This document shows, piece after piece, positions 1-13,810 of a stretch of 64,000 nucleotides of DNA. This DNA comes from Lama guanicoe. Its lineage: Eukaryota. The DNA is taken from the NCBI GenBank assembly GCA_013239625.1, contig MU053559.1:2772324-2836323 (forward strand). Direction: 5' to 3'. Below the pieces are notes generated by a model. It saw only the letters and a program-made list of their open reading frames with translations, did not search any database and was not told the origin of the DNA. Position 1 is the first letter of the stretch. The number at the start of each line of letters is the position of its first letter. The position numbers and the translations under genes were made by a program.

Positions 1-235
1 TGGTAATAGCCAACGTTAATTACAAACCAAATGTCCTTCAACAATAAAATGAATAAATTATGGCATATTCACACAATGAAATATTACACAGCAATGAAAG
101 CAAACTACTGCAGGATACAACTACAGGGATGAATCTAATGAATATAATACTGAGTGAAGAAAAAGTTTTAAAAGCATGCTGCATGATTACATGTTCATGA
201 AGTTCAAAAGCAGGGAAAGTGGACAGTTATAGTAA
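1..235 (+). mobile_element. Old L1M (L1ME/L1MC-like) 3' fragment
   Basis: Resembles the L1 ORF2 end/3'UTR motif (ggcatattcacacaatgaaatattacacagcaatgaaa...gatgaatct). Confidence 0.6.
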
Positions 236-239
236 GAGA

Positions 240-1465
240 ATTAAATTAGGACATTTTCTCACACCATATTCAAAAATAAACTCAAAATGGATTTAAAACC
301 TAAATCTAAGACTGGAAACCATAAAACTCCTAGAAGAAAACACAGGCAGAATAATCCCTGACATGTATCATAGCAATATTTTTTTGGATATGTGTCCTAA
401 AGCAAAGGAAACAAAAACAAAAATAAACAAATGGGACCTGATTAAACTTAAAAGCTCTTGCACAGCAAAGGAAACAATCAACAAAACAAAAAGAGAAACT
501 ACTGAATGGGAGAAAACATTTACAAATAATATAACTCATAAGGGGTTAATATCTAAAATATATAAACAGCTACAACTAAATATCAAAAAAATTTTTGATT
601 TAAACATGGGCAGAAGACTTGAGTAGACATTTTTCCAAACAAGACATACAAATGGTCAACAGGCACATGAAAAGATGTTCAACATCACTAATCATCAGAG
701 AAATGTAAATCAAAACCAAAGTAAGAAAACCTCACACCTGTCAAAATGGCTATCATCAAAAAGACAACAAAAATAACATGCTGGCAAGGATGGGGAGAAA
801 AGAGAACCCTTGTACACTATTGGTAGGAATATAAATTGGTGCAGCCACTATGGAAAATAGTATGGAGGTTCCTCAAAAAAACTAAAAATAAAACTTCCAT
901 ATGATCCAGCAATTCTACACCTGGGTATTTATCAGAAGAAAAAGAAAACCCTAATTTGAAAGCACACATGAACCCCAATGTTCAGAGCAGCATTATTTAC
1001 AATTGCTAAGATATGGAAGCAACTTAAGTGTCCAACAACAGATAAACAGACAAAGAAGATGTGGTGTGTACATGTACATACACACACATGCACAGGAATA
1101 CTACTCAGCCATTAAAAAGAATCAAATTCTGCCATTTGCATCAACATAGATGGACCTGGAGGGCACTGTCCTTAGTGAAGTAAGTCAGAGAAAGACAAAT
1201 ATTGAATGTTATCACTTATATGTGGAGTTGAAAGAATAAAATAAAATAAAATAAAATAAAATAAAATAAAACAAATGACTGAAGATAATAAAACAGAAAC
1301 AAGCTCACAAATACAAACTAGTGACTACGAGAGGGGAGAGGAAAGAGGATGAGGCAAGATAGGGGTAGGAGATTAATAGGTTCAAACTACTATGTATAAA
1401 ATAAATCAGCTACAAGTATATACTGTACAGCACAGGAAATAAAGCCAAGATTTCATAATAACCTT
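240..1465 (+). mobile_element. L1 ORF2 C-terminal region and 3'UTR (laurasiatherian L1MA9-derived type), 5'-truncated
   Basis: ORF 363-626 translates to L1 ORF2 sequence ([22 protein letters not shown]...WEKTF), followed by a typical L1 3'UTR. Confidence 0.9.
1235..1271 (+). repeat. (AAAAT)n microsatellite within the L1 3'UTR
   Basis: Directly visible. Confidence 0.9.
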
Positions 1466-1479
1466 TTTAAAAAAGGCAC

Positions 1480-4070
1480 ACCAACCTATAATTCCCTATC
1501 TAGCAAAAAATGTCCTTTAAAATTAAGTTCAAAAATATTTACAGATAAAAGAAATTCATCTCCACCAGACCTTTACTATAAGAAACCCTAAACAAAGTTC
1601 TTTGGTCTAAAAGAAAATGACAGTACACAGTAACAATTCACAGAAAGTAACAAAGAGAATCAGAAAAGGTAACCACATGAGTAAATAAAACTACTACATT
1701 GTAATATACAGACCTGTTCAAAGCAAAGTAACAGCAACCTGTGGAGTTAATAATGTAGATCTAATACATACAACAACTATTACATAAAGGACATGGGTGG
1801 GTAAGGTATGGACCTATATAATTGTAAACTTTCTACATTTTACATGAACTAGTGCAATATTAACTGAGACTTGACTGTTATAATCCCTAGAACCACCACT
1901 AAACAAATAATGAAAAGAAGAATAGATGAAAAGGCCAACAGAAAAAGTAAAACTGTATAACAGAATGAAATGGGGGGGGGGCAAGTAAGGAGGAACGTAA
2001 GACTAAGAAAAGTGAAGCAATAAACATAAAAGGAAAAATCAAGTGAAAAACACAAACCCAAACATATCAATGATTTCATTAGCTGTCAGTGGCTAAACAG
2101 TACAAGTAAAAAGCAGAGGTTTTTCAGACTGGATAAAAAAAGCAAGATCCATTTATAAGCTATCTGCAAAAGAACTGTAAATGCAAAGATGTCAAAAGGA
2201 TATCTCACAGAAATAACAAGCCTAAGAAGGAAAGAATGGCCACATTAATATCAGATAAAACACATGTCAAAACAAAAGGAATTACTAGAGGTAAAAAAAA
2301 TATATATATTTCTTAATGACAAAAGGGTCAATTCACCAGGTAAAAATAATAATCATAAATGTGTATGCACCTAAAAGAGAGCTTCAAAATACATTAAAGA
2401 ACAAAAGGTCAAAATTAAAGAAGACAGTTTCACAATCATAGCAAGAGATAACAACCTCTTAGCAAATGAAAAGACAAAATTGTTAGACAAAATTTGAAAA
2501 ACACTATTAAAAACACTATCAACCATATTTACCTGCTATTTATAGCATAATACAGCCAACAAATGCAAATCACATGCTTGTTTTTGAGTACTGACCTAAT
2601 AAAGAAGTCAATACATTCTGAAAGAATGAAATTATACCAAGTATGCTGTGTAAATGAAGTAGAAATCACTATGATACCTAAAATATAAAAACCTGAGGAT
2701 ACAGCTAAAGCAATACTAAGAGAAATATATACTTTTAAATACTTGTATTAGAGAAAAAAATAGAAAATCAATTATCTAAGCCTCCAACTTAGAAAATAAG
2801 AGAAAATTAAACACGAATTAGAAGCAAATAATAAAGAAAATCAGGAATCAAGGAAGTAGGAAATTGATGAAATATAAAACAGGAAAACAATATTGAAAAA
2901 AAAATCTATGGAACAAAAATCTGATTCTTTGCAAAGATTAATACAACTAATAAACCTCTAGCCAGGCTGACCAAGGAGGATCTATACCAAAGAACCACTA
3001 ACAAAAATGTGAAAAGACACATTTACTATTTACTGCAGTACTGAAGCAACCGACAATGGAAGAAATGACCACGACCCTGGGTTAGGCAAAGATATCTTAG
3101 GTACAACACCAAAAGCACAAGCAAACAAGAGTTGAAAAATTGGATGCCATCAAAATTAAACTTTTTACAGTTCAAACTATACTATCAAGAGAATGAAAAT
3201 ACAAGCCATAAACTTTGAGACAATATTTGCAAATCATAAATCTGTTAAGGGGTTGTGTATCCAGAGTGTACTAAGAATTTTTTTAACACACTAATTAAAA
3301 AAAAAAATTAAAAATCAGCAAAGGGTTTACATAGGTATTTCACCAAAGAATATATACAAATAGCTAATATGTTCATCAAAGAATGTTCAACATCAAACAT
3401 TAGGAAAATGCAAATAAAAACCATAATAAGATGCTATTTCACATCCACTAAGAGGGCTGCACTCAAAAACTGGACAATTGATGGGGATATGGAGAAACAG
3501 GAACTCTCATACACTGCTGGTGACAATGCAAAATGTTATAGGCAATACGAAAAACTGTTTTGTCAGTTTCTCAAAGTTTTAAACACAGATTTACTGTACA
3601 GCATGGTAATTTCACTCCTGGTTATTTACCCAAGAGAACTGAAAATACATGTCCAAACAAAAACCTGTATACAAATGTTCATCAACTGATGAATGGATAA
3701 ATAAAATGTGGTATATCCACACAATGGAGTATTATTAGAAAATAAAAATGAATAAAATAGTAAACATGCTATAATGGATCAACCTTAAAAACATATGCCA
3801 ACAGAAAAAAAGCAAGTCACAAAAGACTACATATTATATGATTCTATTTATATGAAATATCCAGAAAATACAAATACATAGAAACAGAAAGCAGATTAGT
3901 ACTTGCTAGGGGTTGGGCTTGAGGTTTCATCATGGTGAGATGAACATGTCCTAAAACAAGACTTTGGTTATGGTTGCACAACTCTGGAAATTTACTAAAA
4001 GGCACTAAATTGCATAGTTAAAGCAGTTGAATTTTGTAGTATTTAACTATACTTAATAAGCTTTAAAAAG
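1480..4070 (+). mobile_element. Degenerate old L1M fragments (ORF1 end, ORF2 pieces, 3'UTR)
   Basis: L1-like blocks throughout. ORF 3369-3689 resembles the L1 ORF2 C-terminus (IRKMQIKT...YPRELKIHVQTKTCIQMFI). Confidence 0.8.
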
Positions 4071-4838
4071 AAAACAAGATAAATGATAAACTAGGGAAGA
4101 TATTTTCAGTACATTAAAAAAGTTACCAAACTATACTGTTAAAACTTCTACAAATCAAAAAGAAAGATAAACTAGGCAATAGAAAAATTAATTTCACCTT
4201 AAAATCCACCTTAAAAATCTGAAGTGGCAATTCAGATAAAGAAATTCCACAGGTCAATAAACTTACACTTAAAAGTAAACATGATGTAAAAGATTAACTT
4301 GCCCAGGTAACTTTATGCACTGCTTAAACTAAGAAAACAGATGATTCATTGCTATGCAGAGTTCTTCATTTAGGTACAGGTCTTTTAAAAAACGGTTAGG
4401 TTCAGCTGTCCTCAGAGCTCCAATTACAGACAGACTATACCAATAAAGATTTCCATTCTAACTTTCCCATTATGCCTTCCCTTTTCAGCCTGATACACGC
4501 AACTTCAGACTTCTTTTATTCCCAGGTACCAACTTAAGGAAACCACAGAATCATTTTGTTACCATTTGGCTTTGCTGGCGTTTAAATTCTCACACTTTGG
4601 ATCATCTCTGGCCAACCAATTGTATCAAAATAATCTAATTCTTTTAACAAAACACAAGGTGGTTCATACAACACAGCACAAAGAAAGAACACTCATTTTC
4701 CCTTTTCCAATCCCTTTTCCCTAGAAGTAATATTTTTAGTTAACAAAACAAACAAAAAAGCAAGAGCACAATTCATTTTACGCATAAACAGCAGCAATCT
4801 GCAAAGGGGGGCCGGGGGGGATGCAAATGTGCACTAAC

Positions 4839-4888
4839 CTTCCAGTAGTCAGATTGTAAACTGTAGTACCTCTGGTATGCAGATAATG
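4839..4888 (-). CDS. KDM6A: KDM6A/UTX coding exon (50 bp, human exon 4 equivalent): (A)LSAYQRYYSLQSDYWK
   Basis: Minus strand reads ttttccctctttcag|CATTATCTGCATACCAGAGG...GACTACTGGAAG|gttagt. It joins the 109-bp exon in frame (G|CA = Ala). Confidence 0.96.
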
Positions 4889-5289
4889 CTGAAAGAGGGA
4901 AAATAAGCATGAGTCACAATTATGTCCCATTTCAAAATTAATACAAATTTTAAGTAACTTTATAACAAACTTCCCACCATACCCACCTCCCAGTAGACAG
5001 TGATATTTAAAAGCAAACAAGTTAGAATTCTGGGGCATCCTTGCTCATAATCAGACACTGTAACAAATGTCAAGTATACAGGAGCTCAAGGAAGTAAAAC
5101 TATGGTCAGATCTCAGACCTGCACTTGAACAGAACCTAGGCAACCTCCTCAATCAACTTGACCTTTCTCAGAGATCAAATGTGATAAATGGATTAATACT
5201 CCAGAATGTGATGGGTTATCTGTTCTTACAAGGGATCTCACTTCCAAGAATGACTAAGAGCTCAACCACCTCAAAGAGCAAAGGAACTA

Positions 5290-5656
5290 CAGTTGGCTCT
5301 TGAACAACACAGGGATTAGGGGCACTGACCCTCCACACAGTAGAAAATCCGAGTATAATTTATAGTCAGCCTTCTGTATCCACAGTTTGCATCCTCGGAT
5401 TCAACCAACCACAGATCATGTAGTACTGAAGTATTTACTATTAAAATACAGTCACCCCTCAGTGTCTGCAGAGGATTGGTTCCAGGATCTGCCGCACATA
5501 TCAAAACCCATTATGCTCAAATCCTACAGTCAGCCTTGCATATCCATGGATTCTGCATCCACAGATCATAAACATAGTAGTGCATATACGTATTGAAAAA
5601 ATTCTGCGTTTAAGTGGACCCATGCAGTCAAACTCATGTTGTTCAAGGGTCAACTG
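5290..5656. mobile_element. TcMar-Tigger non-autonomous element (Tigger2/MER8-like MITE), composite
   Basis: Terminal inverted repeats cagttggctcttgaacaac / gttgttcaagggtcaactg, with TA target duplication at 5288-5289 and 5657-5658. Confidence 0.88.
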
Positions 5657-5764
5657 TAGCTCTTGTCATTCCAAAACTTCAGTGAGGAGGAGGTAACAAA
5701 GTGAACTAAAAGTTATATATGCACATTAGAATTGGTAAAGAGCCGCTTTTTTAAAATTCATGAG

Positions 5765-6012
5765 CAATAAATAAGTCATGGAGATGTAATGTACAGCATG
5801 GTGGCTATAATTAGTAATACTACACTGCATATTTGAAAGTTGCTAAGAGTAAATCTTAAATTTTCACAAGAAAAAAAATTTTGTAACTATGTACGGTGAT
5901 GGATGTTAATTAGACTTACTGTGATCATTCCACAATATATGCAAATTTCAAATCATTATGTTATATATCCAAAACTAATGTTATATATCAATTATACCTC
6001 AATTTAAAAAAA
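5765..6012 (+). mobile_element. L1MA9-like 3' end
   Basis: Characteristic 3'UTR (gatgtaatgtacagcatggtg...gaaagttgctaagag...caattatacctcaat) with an A tail. Confidence 0.8.
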
Positions 6013-6499
6013 GAATGATTTATATTTTCAAGTAAGATTTTCAAAAAGTGTAATAAAATCTTATACTGATAAAAATGGGGAGGGTGGAAATTAACATTTT
6101 CTAAAACCCCAGGTATAATGTTTTCATACTGTTTATCAATAAACAGCAAAATACATATGAACACCATATAGAGAACTTTTTGAACATGTTCAAATTAGGG
6201 AAGCATTACCCAAAAACATCATCACATAACTAAGTAAGTTAACTTCTCTGAATAATGTTCATCTTTTTTGCACAAAGATGATGCCAACCAGCCTATTACT
6301 AGAAAGACATTTAGACTGTAATTTTTCCAGTTTTGAGGAAGAGTTGATTTCAAGCCATCTTCCATTTTTTAGCTCTTCACACATGAGTGTAGCTAGCTCA
6401 TACAGATCACTGACTAATGGTCTTCTAAAAAGAAAAGCAAGCCAACCAATCAAGCTAGATGCAACAGAATTGTCAAAGTTTGCGTGCAGAAATCACCAC

Positions 6500-6783
6500 T
6501 GATTTACAGAGGAGAGTCATGGAAAGGTGTTTTCTCTCTACTGCTGGGTGTGAACAAGGAAGCATATATCACCAACTGTCACCACAAGGGAAACTTCTTA
6601 AGACGAAGCTCACAGAAGATAGAGGAAACAGATGCAAAGTACCTGGATACTTCCAAGACTTCGAACTATACCTAGCACGCAACTCATCTACAAACTTCCA
6701 GTTACATGAGGAAATAAATCTCCTTACTGTTTAAGCTACAATCAGGTTTTCCACATTTGTGCCTGAAAACATCCTAACCAATA
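6500..6783 (+). mobile_element. Old MaLR LTR fragment (MLT1-type)
   Basis: The 3' end (cagttacatgaggaaataaat...tgtttaagc...gcctgaaaacatcctaac) resembles MLT1 LTR ends. Confidence 0.55.
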
Positions 6784-8101
6784 GGAGCCAGGGTCCCTGA
6801 CAAATTTGTGCAGTCACCATACCAAATCTGGACTGTCCTTTTAATGGTGTTAAGGAATTCGATGAATTTGGAGGGTATGTTTCCAATAACCTGAAGAATA
6901 ATATGTATTACATGACTTCATAAAATTCCCATTTTAGAATTGGAGGAGCCCTTAAAAGAGACAGTATGATATCCTCCAAAGTAACTGAAACTGAGGTACA
7001 AGAAGACTATGTGATTATCAGTTGGAAGAAACATGGCATCCATGAGAAATAAATACAAGCCTTCAAATTAAAGTCAAAAAAGTAAATGCTCCAAATTGCA
7101 AGCACAGATTTGTAAATGAGACACTTCTTCCATGAGCGTTTGTTACCCTTCCACTCACACATTCCTCGACAATTATACTCTACCCCATTAGGTTTAGCAT
7201 CCTATTTGAAGAAAGACCTTAACATATTTTATGTTTCCTAATCCAAATAAATCCTTAAAACTCTAAAGACTATACAAGTACCTGCCACCAGAGTCTCTAG
7301 TGAAATCCTTTTAACCAGAGCACAGTCCTTATTTCTAATCTTTAAGTCAGCTACCAACGTAATTAGGTTTTTCTCAAGTCTTTAATAGAGAATGCGGGAA
7401 ATCATTTGTTTGGACATCCTTATTATGCTTAAAACCAGTCTCATAATGATTGTAGCAAATATCTAACCGGGTTTTTCCTTCCCCAACTCACCTAATCTTC
7501 ACTTTGTGATTCTTGAGTTCTTTATTGGTTCAAGAAGTCCATGTTAATCCCACTAGGAAATCTTTTTAACAAAACTTCAGGCAAGACTGTTGTTTTCTTT
7601 TACCACTTAACCAAGAATGGTATGCTCAAACATATCAGTATCAACTCTCTATCAACCAATTTCCAAAGCTCAGCCCTTTTTAATTCCTAGAATCTATTTA
7701 TGGGTAGACTTTGAATTACTTTTTCCATATTAAATAAACCCATTTAGTCTTTTTATACTTAAAAAAGAAAAACATCATGAATTTAAAAGATTATAGAAAA
7801 CTGGTAAAGTAGTAACAAAGGAGTTGGGTCTAAAAAAATAAATGCAAAAGAAAAAAATAAACATAAATGAGAAGCAAGTTAAATTATTTTAACAACTTAA
7901 GGGTTCTGCAATCTTTCTCACATTCTCTTTTATTTTGCCCTTTACCTCGTGAAAACAAGAGGAAGAGTAGAATCAAACAAGGATATTATCAAGCATCAAA
8001 GAATCACCTATACAATTGGGAGGGGTGCTACACACAGTCATTTATTCTTTAACTTCGTAATCTTTCTGTATCATTTTTATATTATGAAAGTGATCAAATT
8101 A

Positions 8102-8132
<31 letters not shown>

Positions 8133-8162
8133 GTAATGGTAATAATAATGGTAATGGTAATG
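8102..8162 (+). repeat. (AAT)n/(AATGGT)n microsatellite
   Basis: Directly visible; it explains the poly-N and poly-I ORF translations. Confidence 0.95.
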
Positions 8163-8441
8163 CTCAGTGGTAAGAAAAATACCCAATAGTGGCAAGAATT
8201 CAAGAAAATAGGAAGTTTTAGCATTCTACTATACTGTAATTTATACTGTAAGTATAAATTAGCAAAAAAATTTTGCAGCATAATTTAGCACTATCCATCA
8301 AAACTTTATCTATATACATGCATACACACATGTACACATACATCCTTTCACTCAATAAAACCTACTATATCAAGGTATTCCTTCTAAGAATATAAACATG
8401 GATGAGTGCAAAGATTTAGCTACAGGGATAGACCATATAGT

Positions 8442-8510
8442 GATGGATGGATGGAAGGAAGGGAGGGAGGGAGGGAGGGATGGACGGAGGGAAGGAAGGA
8501 GGGAGGAAAG
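8442..8510 (+). repeat. (GGAT)/(GGGA)/(GGAA) purine-rich simple repeat
   Basis: Directly visible. Confidence 0.9.
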
Positions 8511-8949
8511 AAGAGTCTATAGAGAATTAGTCCAATAGAGAATTGTTCTACCTGTGTAACAGAACACTATGAAGGGAACTGAAATGTTACAGTATGTTTT
8601 TGAGATAGATCAACATGATACATTGTGTTAAAGTTCCAGAGTTTAATTCAATTTTTAAATACTGAAAATTTATTGTAACAGAAAAGCATCTAAAGATTTA
8701 TATCAAAATGTTAAAAAAAAAAGAAAAAAGAAAAACAGATTTGCCTCTAAAAGATAAAATATCAACAAGCCATTACAGATGTGAACAAACACGTGGCTCC
8801 TGTTCTCAGGCTGTTCACCTAATTTTATGGTTGTATGTATTCTGTTCTTCTTTACACAATGAACATATTATTTGAGTAGATGTTAAAATAAGTGCACTTT
8901 CTCTGGTAATATTAGAAGATCGTCAACATTATCAAGGAGGGCCACCAGG

Positions 8950-9110
8950 AAGGCAATGGGATATAGTGGCAAAGAAGCAGTTTTAGGTAAACCTGCGTTC
9001 TAATCCTGACCTCACCTCATCCTAAGAGACCATGACATCAAGTCATTTAATCCAAGTTATTTCCTTACAGGTCACAAGCAGCCTAAAAAGGTTTTTAGTA
9101 AGAGTAAAGT
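8950..9110 (+). mobile_element. MIR SINE fragment
   Basis: gatatagtggcaaagaagc...aaacctgcgttctaatcctgac...aagtcatttaa resembles the MIR core. Confidence 0.55.
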
Positions 9111-11689
9111 GAGACAAAGAATAAAAAGAGGAGCCTAAAGCCATATTATAATTTATCTGGAATTAAACAAGAGAGAGATAAAGAGAGACCTAGAGAAACA
9201 GACTAGGGAAGTAAAAAGGGTCAAGATAAAGATGCAGTAGGTGGCAGACTTCCATATGCATGGAAATACAATGGCTAGAGTTAAGATCACCAAAACAAGA
9301 GAAAGAGGGCGTGCCTGATGACAAGTCCACACACAACAGGGATGAAGAGAAACAACAATGTAGGTTAAGGGTGACAGCCCCGCTAGAAAGGGGGAGTCTT
9401 CTTCAGAGTTATTGATGCAACAGAAATGGAAGGAAGGAAAAGATTTAAAATTCAGTCTATACTCCCTCCTATATTAGACGATACACCAACTGCAGGCAGA
9501 ACTCAGCACTTCTCTTTCCATCCCTAGCTCAATGTGTAACACTACAGACAACAGGTTAGCTGCTAGTGCGTGAGTCTATGGGCATGGAAGGGGAGAGAAG
9601 GGAAGAAATACAAATCAATCTGTCCGTTGCACTGACTGTCATCTTTAGGCCAGAACAGGTTGTGGCTGCCTAAGGTTATTAGGTCAATAAATTTCTTTTT
9701 TCTTTTAATCTAAAGCTAGAATGAAAAGTTTTATTTATACCCTGAGATAAGTAAGATCTCAGAGAGCTTATATTAACTGTCTAATTGTATATAAATGACG
9801 ATGCACCTAGCTTTCTAGCACCTTTCTGCCTTCTCAAATCTATGACTGCCTAAAACACCTCTTCCCTTGTATGTAGCATTAATACATATTAACATCTGAA
9901 AAACCCTCTGGACAGCATCCAACACAGCAGAACTTTGTTCCCATGTCCCCCTCTCTCCAGAGGTTTGAATAGACTTAAGATTACAGAGACAGACAGGAAG
10001 TTAGAAAAGTAAAGAAACAAACATGTAATCCTTTTACTCCTACATCAGCATCTTCACAGAGGTTTTCAAGTCAAATTAACACAACTACTGAAATCTCAGA
10101 TTTACTACTTCTGTTTCATTATTAAAATAATACATTCCTCAAGGTCTTTAGTATCTCACATTTGGCTTACTACAAGAAACATCAATTCTACCTAATAAAA
10201 CTGAAAAAGGAGGGAAAAAAAAAAAGAAACATCAAGTAGCTGTCTTATTTGTGTTCCTTCAATGTGTCCTGCCACCAGCTCCCTAGTTCTTAAAGCTACT
10301 ACAACTTTTGCTTAGGGCCTGAATATGGGCTGCTGACAACCTGGGTTACGGTCACTATTTTGCTTCCTTGGGTTATTAATTGCATTTTCTATTCTAGGCT
10401 GTAAGTAGATTGAACAAAATCAGCGATTCCCAAATTGTGATGGGAGATAGTGGAGGCACTGGTGATGATTTTTTTTTAATTTTATGAAATATATTTAAAT
10501 AAAGTTATATGCAGAAATAGAGTACAATGACAGTGAATGCAATGAAAACATACGGATGAACTACACTTATAACTATATCAGCTTTCAGATAGATATGTAA
10601 TTCGTTCTATGGCTATTACGATGCCAGTTTATATCAGCATTCTGAATTTTTATTTCATGTTATTTTACTATTTCAACACGAAGTAATTTTTACATATAGC
10701 AAACATATATACTATGCAAATTTAATTCCCAATGACTCTCTGAAATAAGTTTTAAACAAAGAGCAGATTCTTAAAAGAGTCACAACCTTTAGTTCCAACA
10801 ACCACAACAATAAAGAAGTGAATCATTAGAGGATTAAAAAAATGACAATTTTTTGAGAAGCCAAACTCAAGATCTATGATTGGAAAACATGCACTTGATG
10901 TTCTTATTATATATATCTCCTAGGATGGAGTGTTGTCATTCCACTCAGGAAACACAGAAAGAGAGAAAAACAAAAAAAGCTCACCAACTCTGACTTAAGA
11001 CTTTTCCACATAAGCAACTCTTGGCATGTAACTTGCCCTATGTATAACTGCTTGATGAACTAAAACAACCGAGATCTATTTTGCTGCAAACTGACAGACA
11101 ATGCAACAAATGACCAATTACTTGAAGGAAGGAGGAAAGAGACAAAAATCTATAATCAGCTGGAATTTCAGGGAAAACTTCCAGCCACAACAAACCATGA
11201 AGAAATTACTTTTAGAAGTTTCAAGGTTTTCATGCTAGTATCAGGAACGATTAATTATTACATCACCTTCAACTAATTTTCCTTATTTCTGGAATTCTTA
11301 CTATCTATATTCCAAGTCTCTTACCTTGTAATTTGTCGTTTTATAATTTTTCTGTGTACTTTGAGGTAATGCGCTACTTGATTTTCTAAGCAACCAAATT
11401 AATGACTATCTTCTCTCCTATAATTTACCATACATACTTATAGATATTTACACATAATTTCTATGAATTAAACTGCTCCTAAGATCCACCACATATATTC
11501 ACAAGAACATATATGATTGTCCTTCAGCTCAGGGTTCTCTGTCTCTCAGGCTGTTCTTCAACTCAAAGAAAAGCAATCACGGTACCATCTCCATGGCTTA
11601 AGGAAGTCTACCTGACAGCTCCACCAGCTGTTTGGCTCAGCTGAGTTAATGGGTTAGCTGTGGGGTTAGGAGTGGAAAGGAGGTATGGT

Positions 11690-12070
11690 AGACATTGTGA
11701 AGAACCACTCAAATCCCACTTGAAGAAAGGACTGTTGGGAGGGGAGTCCTGCCTACAAGAGAGCCTCTTGCGGTGAGCTGCTGTAAGCTTCAGAGAGCAA
11801 ACTTGCCTGAAGTCCCACTTCTTCCCACACCCAATATCGAACAGATAAAAGTATAAAGGCCTGGTCTTCTTGGCCCCCAACTTGTGATGGCTCTGAAGGG
11901 CCATTCTAGACCCGGGACTCCCCATGGCGTTGGCCAAGGCTGTCACAGTCTAACTTCTCCCTCTGTCTAATTCTGGTTCCACTTCCCATCTTCCACAGTG
12001 TTGATGGTAAAGGCATTCCTTATTAAAACATCCTGTATGCTAAACTCCCCCCAGAGGAATCCAACCAACA
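11690..12070 (+). mobile_element. ERVL solo LTR (LTR16A-like)
   Basis: cacagtctaacttctccctctgtc...acagtgttgat...aaacatcctgtatgctaaactcc...gaatccaacc resembles the LTR16 3' half. Confidence 0.7.
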
Positions 12071-13362
12071 ATAAGCCAAGTGCAAAGAGCCTCCAGCCTC
12101 CATTTTCCCACAATTCTCTAACCAGTTACTTTTTTAGAATAAATCCCTAGAGGCCAAAAGACCAAACCAAGTGATGGAAAATTTTTCAAACTCTTCATAT
12201 GTATTACCAACCAGAAAGGGGCTTTAAAAAGTTTTATAAGGTTTTTTTTTCCCCTTCTGCTTCAAATTCCTCTGAAATAACAGAAAAAATATTTTTAACG
12301 AATAAATCTGTAACAGCAATGATAACCAAAGTATACTATCTACAGATCAGTAATTTTTACAAATTCCTGTAAGTCAAGATACAGATGAGATGAGAATAAG
12401 AAATATGGGCAGAAAACCCACAGTCTAAATGTACACAAAACAGTTTCTACCATTTTCTACTCCAAAAGTAGCAGTTTTTCACAAAGAACTCCAAGCTCAG
12501 AAAATTTCACACACGCAAGAGGACTCAGGACAATAATTAAAGATCTATCTTCAGAATAACAGGGCCAGTAAATCTCCCACATACATACACCTGAGAAATT
12601 TATTCACATGTTCTTTGTGTGGTTTATGTTTATTCCCCATTAAGTTATGGTTTACAATCTGTTCTCTGAAAATAAACACCTATTTGGCTGGGGTTCGCGG
12701 TTCTCATCTTGTACTGGTTCCAAAGAGAGGAGGAAGTAGGTTGAGGTAACAAATGTCTCCACAAATTGGTGGTGATGGTGATAGTGTGTGTGGAAGGGGC
12801 TACCAGAGACTAGCTCTAGTTTGGGACTTACAGGAAGACAATGAAGAGCATAGATAGAAAGAACTTAATAATTAGTATTTAAAAAGCAATTTTTTAAAAG
12901 TGGGAATGCGATCAATAAAGCCTCAAGGAGGATTTAAAAAAACAACTCACATGTAGGAAATAAGAAGCCATTGGCTTGAAATACACATGTATACCTCTGT
13001 ATCCATTCTCTCCTTCTTCCTATTACCATAATCAACCTACTTGCCTGTCGATGGCCTGTTCATATGACAGCAAATCAGTCAGGGAGCACATCTTTTCAAG
13101 GATTTAAATTCTTAGGTTATCCTTCTCTTCTCCCATCTTATTAGATTACTCCCACCAGCCAGTTTGCCAACAACATTGTCTAGCTGTCACACGATCCCAC
13201 CACACTTTTCAAAAAAGAAAAAGAAAAAGAAAAAGAAAAACAAATAAACAAACAAAAAGCCTCCAATACAAATATCCCAGGATTTTTCATTACCTTCATA
13301 GCCAAACATTTTATAAATGGAAAATGTAGCTAAATTCATAGACTAATAAAGTTTTTGAAGAC

Positions 13363-13401
13363 TATATATATGTATGTATGTATGTGTGTGTATATATATA
13401 T
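13363..13401 (+). repeat. (TA)/(TATG)/(TG) compound microsatellite
   Basis: Directly visible. Confidence 0.9.
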
Positions 13402-13689
13402 TTTAATGACCACTAAGCAACAAGGACATACAGCTATATAAGCGAACACAAACCTAATTTTCAAGTTTAGGTGTCTGTTATTTATATGCTCTCAAATTAC
13501 TGTGTTCTCCAAGTAAAAGGTGCAGCACTGAGAAATCAGACTGCACAGAATTCTGTATTATTTCTCTTGTACAGTGGTTCTGTTTAAATAAACTACTAGT
13601 TTTAATTAAAATTAAAATACCTAATAGATCAATTATTAATACCTATTATCCTGAAGTCACTTTGCTAAGTACTAACCAGTTTCACATAG

Positions 13690-13810
13690 GAATCCCAAAA
13701 CCCCTGAGCAGCTATCACCTCCTCCCCTCATTTTACAGATTAGAAGACAGGTTCAGGGATGTTTATATAATCTGTTAACAATAATGCAGATGAATGGTAG
13801 AGATGAGCTG
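13690..13810 (-). mobile_element. MIR fragment
   Basis: cattttacagat...gacaggttcaggga resembles the MIR core on the minus strand. Confidence 0.5.

Noticed and set aside
4778..5038. 86-aa minus-strand ORF as a gene
   Set aside because: It overlaps the real 50-bp exon in a different frame and is a chance ORF.
7949..8281. Poly-Asn and poly-Ile ORFs
   Set aside because: They are translations of the (AAT)n microsatellite.
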